Source: an uncultured Gammaproteobacteria bacterium
Lineage (GTDB): Bacteria; Patescibacteriota; Microgenomatia; UBA8517
NCBI GenBank assembly: GCA_965231135.1
Contig: OZ246419.1
Span: forward strand, 257,488-321,487
DNA: 64,000 nucleotides
Direction: 5' to 3'
The stretch's first letter is position 1; each line of letters begins with the position of its first letter. The notes under the pieces were generated by a model. It was not told the DNA's origin. It saw nothing but the letters and a program-made list of their open reading frames with translations, and did no database searches. Shown here one piece after another: positions 59,008 to 64,000 of this stretch. A program made the position numbers and the translations under genes.

Positions 59008-59294
59008 AACTATTTATTGACACAACTGATAGAGAAAAAATAATTATCGGTTTAGATGATAAAAAATTTGAGACAAATGCAAGAGAAAATTCATCACAGA
59101 AGCTTTTGCCTTTTATTGAAGAAACATTAAAAAAAGAAAAGAAAGATATTAAAGATATTTCTGAAATAACTGTTGCAACTGGGCCTGGAAGTTTTACTGG
59201 AATAAGAGTTGGAGTAGCTGTTGCTAATACCCTTGCTTATGTATTGAAAATTCCTGTGAACAAAAAAGCTCTTGAGCTTGATATTAATTATTAG
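59004..59294 (+). CDS. tsaB: Short TsaB (N-terminal half only)
   Basis: IDT and GPGSFTGIRVG; 96 aa. Confidence 0.88.
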   Translation: MKLFIDTTDREKIIIGLDDKKFETNARENSSQKLLPFIEETLKKEKKDIKDISEITVATGPGSFTGIRVGVAVANTLAYVLKIPVNKKALELDINY

Positions 59295-59312
59295 TTCATT
59301 TATAATCCTTTT

Positions 59313-59918
59313 ATGCGAAAGCTATCATTAATTTTGGTAGCTGCCCTCCTTACAATACTTGCAGTTCATGCTGCAAATAAAAACATAGTAAAAGCTGATG
59401 TGGAGCTTGATATAACTTGCGGATGTAGTACACCAACTCCTACGCCGACTTTTGTGCCAACACCAACTCCAACGACACAGCCAACTTCCACACCAAATAA
59501 TTCAACTCCTCCAAACGGAAATGTTGGAGCACCAGTTTGTACAGATCCAGTTCCTGCAAAGCCAATAATTACTTCTGTTAAACAAATTGGAACAAAAGCG
59601 ACAATAACCTGGACAAAAATTGATATGGCAAATCATTATGTGATTTTTTACGGAACAGATCCTGGTAGCGAAGAGTTTGGAGTGCCAGATACTGGAAATG
59701 TAACAAGTTATACAATTAATTCACTTAATCCGAAATTAAAATATTATTTTGATGTACTTTCTGTAAATGGATGCCAACCAAGCTCTAATGGACAAGTTTT
59801 AGGAGCTAGCACTTCAGTTTTAGCGTCAACAGATTCTGATTTAATAATGCCGAGATTTATTCTTGGTATAATTGCTGCAGGAGTTACCTTCTTTGTTATC
59901 AAAAAATATTCTCTTTAA
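59313..59918 (+). CDS. Fibronectin type III surface protein, probable sortase substrate
   Basis: Signal peptide, PT repeat, FN3 (W, Y.I..L.P...YYF), LASTD, TM, KK. Confidence 0.8.
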   Translation: MRKLSLILVAALLTILAVHAANKNIVKADVELDITCGCSTPTPTPTFVPTPTPTTQPTSTPNNSTPPNGNVGAPVCTDPVPAKPIITSVKQIGTKATITWTKIDMANHYVIFYGTDPGSEEFGVPDTGNVTSYTINSLNPKLKYYFDVLSVNGCQPSSNGQVLGASTSVLASTDSDLIMPRFILGIIAAGVTFFVIKKYSL

Positions 59919-60390
59919 ATTAATAATTGCAGTTTATATTGGAGCAGCTGTTTTTGCACTTACTAATCCAAGTTTGCAATGGACCAAACCGCAACCAACA
60001 ACTATTTCAACTATCTCAAATAGCCCGACTGATATAAAAATTTCTAAAATAAATTTGGATTTGGCAATATCACCTGCGATTTTAAAGGGAAATGAGTGGC
60101 AGCTTTTTGATGACAGAGTTGCTTGGCTTAGTTCTTCAGCACTTCCTGGAAAAGGTAATACAATTATGTATGCACATGACAGAGTTGGGCTTTTTGCTAA
60201 TTTAAAAAATCTAAAACCAGGAGATGAAATTGATATATATACAAACAAATGGATAATTTATAAAGTTACACAGGTACATGCAGTCTTGCCAACGGATGTA
60301 AATGCTGTGCTTGGAACACAAAACCGCTTAACGCTTTATACCTGTGATGGCAGCTTTGATCAAAAGCGACTGGTAGTGTATGCTGAGTAG
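59872..60390 (+). CDS. Sortase
   Basis: GN...AH...F..L, LTLYTC, R; start may be TTG 59893. Confidence 0.9.
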   Translation: MLQELPSLLSKNILFKLIIAVYIGAAVFALTNPSLQWTKPQPTTISTISNSPTDIKISKINLDLAISPAILKGNEWQLFDDRVAWLSSSALPGKGNTIMYAHDRVGLFANLKNLKPGDEIDIYTNKWIIYKVTQVHAVLPTDVNAVLGTQNRLTLYTCDGSFDQKRLVVYAE

Positions 60391-60392
60391 TA

Positions 60393-61334
60393 ATGGAAGC
60401 ACTTGCCCACCTTTTTGTTCCGAGAGTTAGTAATAATCACAAAGCAAAAATTCTACATTCTTCATCTCTTTTATTAATTGTTTTTGGAATTCTTATATTT
60501 CAATTTACTTTACAAATTACAAGTCATAAAAGCGGTCAGGTTTTAGGCTATGCTGCAAATATATCTCCATCTGAAGTTGAAAGATTAACAAATGTTCAAA
60601 GAGAACAAAACGGTTTAGGGGATTTGACAGATAATCCTGAACTTGATGCAGGAGCGCTTGCAAAAGGACAGAATATGCTTAAAGAACAATATTGGGCTCA
60701 TGTTGCACCGGATGGCACACAACCCTGGGCTTTTTTTGTTGCGCAAGGATATAGTTATCAGTATGCTGGAGAAAATTTGGCGAGGGATTTTCCAGATGCA
60801 CAAAGCGCTGTTACTGCATGGATGAATTCGCCAACACATCGAGAAAACATGCTTAGTCCAAATTATAAAGATATTGGAATTGGGGTTGTTGAAGGAAATT
60901 TGAACGGAGTTGATACAACTATTATTGTCCAATTTTTTGGAACAAAATTGGGAGATGCGCTGCCAGTTCAACCAGTTGCTGCAGCAACACTTACACCTAG
61001 CCCAACAACAAAACCAAAAGCGACTGTGTCAGCCGGCGCTACGCCTCAGGCTGTGATTGCGGCAGTCTTGCCAACTCCGACTCCTGTCGTAACTCCCGTG
61101 GCGAGTTTAATTCCTCAAACTTTGGTTGCGTCAAGTAAAGTAACGCCTTTTGATTTAACAAAAATAATTTCTCTTTCACTTGTAGGGATTTTAATTCTAG
61201 TTGTTGCTGTTGATGGATTTTTAATTAATAGACGTAAAATTTTTAGAGTTGCAGGGCATTATCCAGCACATATTGCATTTTTGGGAATGATATTAATTAT
61301 TTTAATATTTATTGGTGTTGGGAGAATTTTGTGA
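60393..61334 (+). CDS. CAP/SCP-domain membrane protein
   Basis: TN.QR, AGENLA, WMNSPTHRENM. Confidence 0.92.
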   Translation: MEALAHLFVPRVSNNHKAKILHSSSLLLIVFGILIFQFTLQITSHKSGQVLGYAANISPSEVERLTNVQREQNGLGDLTDNPELDAGALAKGQNMLKEQYWAHVAPDGTQPWAFFVAQGYSYQYAGENLARDFPDAQSAVTAWMNSPTHRENMLSPNYKDIGIGVVEGNLNGVDTTIIVQFFGTKLGDALPVQPVAAATLTPSPTTKPKATVSAGATPQAVIAAVLPTPTPVVTPVASLIPQTLVASSKVTPFDLTKIISLSLVGILILVVAVDGFLINRRKIFRVAGHYPAHIAFLGMILIILIFIGVGRIL

Positions 61335-61582
61335 CAAAACACTTATCTGATTATTTTAGTTTGGGAGGAATTCTAATTGCGACAGTTATTGGTTTTTTTG
61401 CATTTTCTTATAATAAAGATTTTCAACTTGCTGTTGTGACAGCATCAAGCTTTTCTTATTTTGTATGGGGAATAATACATCACTTTATTAAAAAAGATTT
61501 AAATTTGCAGATCTTGATTGAATATGCGATGTTCTCTTTGATTGGATTTGTAACTTTAGTTGCTATAATCTATAGATCATGA
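61331..61582 (+). CDS. Small 3-TM protein
   Basis: Y.VWGIIHH...EY. Confidence 0.75.
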   Translation: MTKHLSDYFSLGGILIATVIGFFAFSYNKDFQLAVVTASSFSYFVWGIIHHFIKKDLNLQILIEYAMFSLIGFVTLVAIIYRS

Positions 61583-62085
61583 CTTCAGATCTGGACAAAA
61601 ACGGTTTTTATAGTCCGACAAACGGATCTGTAACTTTTCGTAAAATTGTTGAACAAATTGCAGAATTTGTTGATAGCGACTCGAAAAGTCTTTACAGTGT
61701 AATTATTGGATCTGATTCGCAAATAAAACACAGCAAAACTGGCGCAGAATGTGACTTTGTTACTGCAATCGTAGTTCACCGTCATGGATATGGAGCAAGA
61801 TATTTTTGGAAAAGAGAAACTATTAAGAAAGCTCCAGTTTTAAGAGACAGAATTTATGAAGAAACTGCACGAAGCCTTTCAGCTGCTGCAATTATTGTTC
61901 CAGTGATTCGTGAGAGAATTGAAAAAGATAAATATAATTTTGAAATTCATGTTGATGTTGGGCCAAACGGGAAAACACGCGAAATGATTAAAGAACTTGT
62001 GGGAATGGTGAATGGAATGGGATATAATGCAAAAACGAAACCATACAGTTGGGGAGCAAGCTCAGTTGCAGATAAACACACATAG
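61579..62085 (+). CDS. RNase H-like YkuK (DUF458) family protein
   Basis: IGSDSQ, EIHVDVG, KP..WGAS.VAD. Confidence 0.88.
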   Translation: MTSDLDKNGFYSPTNGSVTFRKIVEQIAEFVDSDSKSLYSVIIGSDSQIKHSKTGAECDFVTAIVVHRHGYGARYFWKRETIKKAPVLRDRIYEETARSLSAAAIIVPVIRERIEKDKYNFEIHVDVGPNGKTREMIKELVGMVNGMGYNAKTKPYSWGASSVADKHT

Positions 62086-62092
62086 TGTTATT

Positions 62093-62326
62093 ATGGGCCA
62101 CTTTATGGCAATTGAGGGTGATCGTAAATTTTTTGTACAAATGGATGATGAAGCTTTCGGTCATCTTGTTTTGAAAGCTCGTGACTCAAAAGGTAGAGAA
62201 TTTGGGATGATGATTCTTCCCGGGAATAAAGTTGTTATTAATGATCCTGAAAATGGATTGGTAGAAATTCATAATGGTGACACTTTTGATTTGAGAGTAG
62301 AAATAGTTTCTAGTCAAAAAAGCTAA
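62093..62326 (+). CDS. Small orphan protein
   Basis: ORF; start at 62093 or 62105. Confidence 0.5.
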   Translation: MGHFMAIEGDRKFFVQMDDEAFGHLVLKARDSKGREFGMMILPGNKVVINDPENGLVEIHNGDTFDLRVEIVSSQKS

Positions 62327-62967
62327 CTATTTTTCTTCTGATTAGATATTCGCCACTTTTCAATTTCTGCATGATTTCCAGATTTTAAAATTTCTGGAAC
62401 AACCCAACCGTTGTAATTATCGGGGCGTGTGTATTGTGGATATTCTAAAACTCCTTCAATTGTGTGGCTTTCTTTTTGAGTCGCTTCAATTTCAAGAACT
62501 CCTGGAATTAAACGGGTAATTGCATCGGTAATTACCATTGCAGGGATTTCTCCGCCAGTTAAAACATAATCGCCAATGGAAATTATTTCATCAACTAAAT
62601 TTTCGTGAACTCTGTGATCAATTCCTTCATAGTGGCCACAAATTAATATTAGATGTTTTTCTTTTGATAAATTAACTGCCTTTTTTTGTGTAAACTTTAC
62701 ACCAGCCGCGTCTAACAAAATTACTTTTGAATTTTTATTTTTAATTTCTTTTAGAGCAGCATCAACTACATCAACTCTAATTAACATTCCTTTACCGCCG
62801 CCGTATGTTTTATCATCTACACTACCACGAGCGTCAATTGCCCATTTTCTTAAATCATAAATATTTATTTCGACTAATTCTTTTTTCTTTGCAGCAAGCA
62901 ACATTGATTCATCAAATGGACCAACAAACATATTTGGGAAAAGAGTTAGAATATCAATTTTAACCAT
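62323..62967 (-). CDS. trmD: tRNA (guanine-N1)-methyltransferase
   Basis: VDD..YGGG.GM, CGHYEGID, SIGDYVLTGGE, LEYPQYTRP. Confidence 0.97.
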   Translation of the reverse strand: MVKIDILTLFPNMFVGPFDESMLLAAKKKELVEINIYDLRKWAIDARGSVDDKTYGGGKGMLIRVDVVDAALKEIKNKNSKVILLDAAGVKFTQKKAVNLSKEKHLILICGHYEGIDHRVHENLVDEIISIGDYVLTGGEIPAMVITDAITRLIPGVLEIEATQKESHTIEGVLEYPQYTRPDNYNGWVVPEILKSGNHAEIEKWRISNQKKNS

Positions 62968-62986
62968 ACTATATTATACTTGAACT

Positions 62987-64000
62987 ATGGACAAAATCGT
63001 AATTGTTATGCCTGCCTGGAACGAAGCAGGAAATATTTCGGAAATGATTGAGACTTTGGTTAAGAAAGAATTTCCAACAATTAAAGCTGATATGCAACTT
63101 CTAATTGTTGATAATCATTCAACTGACGGAATGACTGAGGCAGTCGAAAAATATTCTAAAAAATACAAAAACGTAAAAATAATTCAGCAAGAAAATAAAG
63201 GACTTGGATGGGCATACGTTAGCGGATTTAAACATGCAATGAGTGAAATGAAAGCTGATGGCGTTCTTGAAATGGATGCAGATTTTCAACATCCTCCGCG
63301 CTTTGTAAAGCCTATGGTTGGGGCATATTTAAATGGAGCAGATTATGTAATTGGATCGCGATATATCCCAGGCGGAAGTGTTCCAAAAGAATGGGAAACA
63401 ACAAGAAAGGCAACTAGTTTTTTTGGAAATTTATTTATTCGTTTGGCACTTTTAAATTTCAAAATTCATGATCTTACAACTGGATTTAGACTTTCAAAAG
63501 TAAAAGGAATTTTAGATAAAATTGATTTAGATAATTTAATGGAACTAAACCGTTTTGCTTATAAGGTCGATTTGCTTTATCAATCTTTGAAATTATCTAA
63601 AAAAACTGTTGAAGTGCCACTTGAATTTGCATCACGAACAAAAGAAAAATCGAAATTTAATTACAAAGAAATGATTTCCACATTTCGCGTTGCAATAATA
63701 CTTGGAATAAAAGATAAACAAAAGTTTTTAAAATTTGCTGTTGTTGGAGGAATTGGATTTGTTATACAAACAGTTGTTTTTGAAGTTTTGGGAGTTTTTA
63801 CAAAAGTTTTATCACCATCAATTGCTACTCTTCTTGGAGGAGAACTTGCAGTAATTTCCAACTTTACTTTAAATAATATTTGGACTTTTAAGTCTGATCA
63901 AGTAAAAGGAGTAAAAATAATTTGGAAGTTTATACAGTTTAATTTAACAAGTTTTATAGCTCTTGGAATTCAATTTGTAATTTTGAAAATTGGAGAAGGA
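62987..64000 (+). CDS. GT2 polyprenol-phosphate glycosyltransferase fused to GtrA; runs off the window edge
   Basis: Not in ORF track. Manual translation MDKIVIVMPAWNEA...VDNHSTDG...MDADFQHPP...IGSRY...FLKFAVVGG. Confidence 0.92.
   Translation, partial: MDKIVIVMPAWNEAGNISEMIETLVKKEFPTIKADMQLLIVDNHSTDGMTEAVEKYSKKYKNVKIIQQENKGLGWAYVSGFKHAMSEMKADGVLEMDADFQHPPRFVKPMVGAYLNGADYVIGSRYIPGGSVPKEWETTRKATSFFGNLFIRLALLNFKIHDLTTGFRLSKVKGILDKIDLDNLMELNRFAYKVDLLYQSLKLSKKTVEVPLEFASRTKEKSKFNYKEMISTFRVAIILGIKDKQKFLKFAVVGGIGFVIQTVVFEVLGVFTKVLSPSIATLLGGELAVISNFTLNNIWTFKSDQVKGVKIIWKFIQFNLTSFIALGIQFVILKIGEG

Noticed and set aside
1-64000. Prophage, IS element, rRNA, or recognisable riboswitch/T-box
   Set aside because: No such genes or motifs were recognised; synthetase genes have almost no leader to hold a T-box.

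Overview
AT-rich, very gene-dense bacterial chromosome segment read in genetic code 11. Gene content and protein style suggest Patescibacteria/CPR, most like Microgenomates; this is inference. The core is housekeeping: dtd, nth, cca, recJ, archaeal-type aspS, gltX, lysS, serS, truB, trmD, tsaE/tsaB, prfB, greA, lon, rarA, secA, ftsEX, sod, bcp, uppP, dgkA, tRNA-Gln(CTG) and tRNA-Glu(CTC). Envelope and accessory modules include a MacAB-type ABC operon, an FMN-binding/ApbE/RnfD-FNR flavinylation redox operon, a sortase with a likely substrate, dockerin-like secreted proteins and a two-component/stress cluster. No transposase, integrase, CRISPR array or rRNA was seen. The most notable structure lies outside the ORF track: (1) apparently pervasive leaderless genes, with 16-21 bp bidirectional promoters; (2) a ~140 bp cassette at 8940-9080 that reads either as a type I toxin-antitoxin locus or as a 1:2/2:3/3:4 attenuator; (3) two families of 11-bp-period direct-repeat operators; (4) fold-back hairpins, including an inverted copy of the tRNA-Gln 5' end; (5) an uncalled 32-aa protamine-like gene; (6) about 12 solitary orphan genes with similar charged N-termini inserted between core genes; (7) three frameshifted genes. 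All product calls come from motif recognition by eye; no database searches were run.
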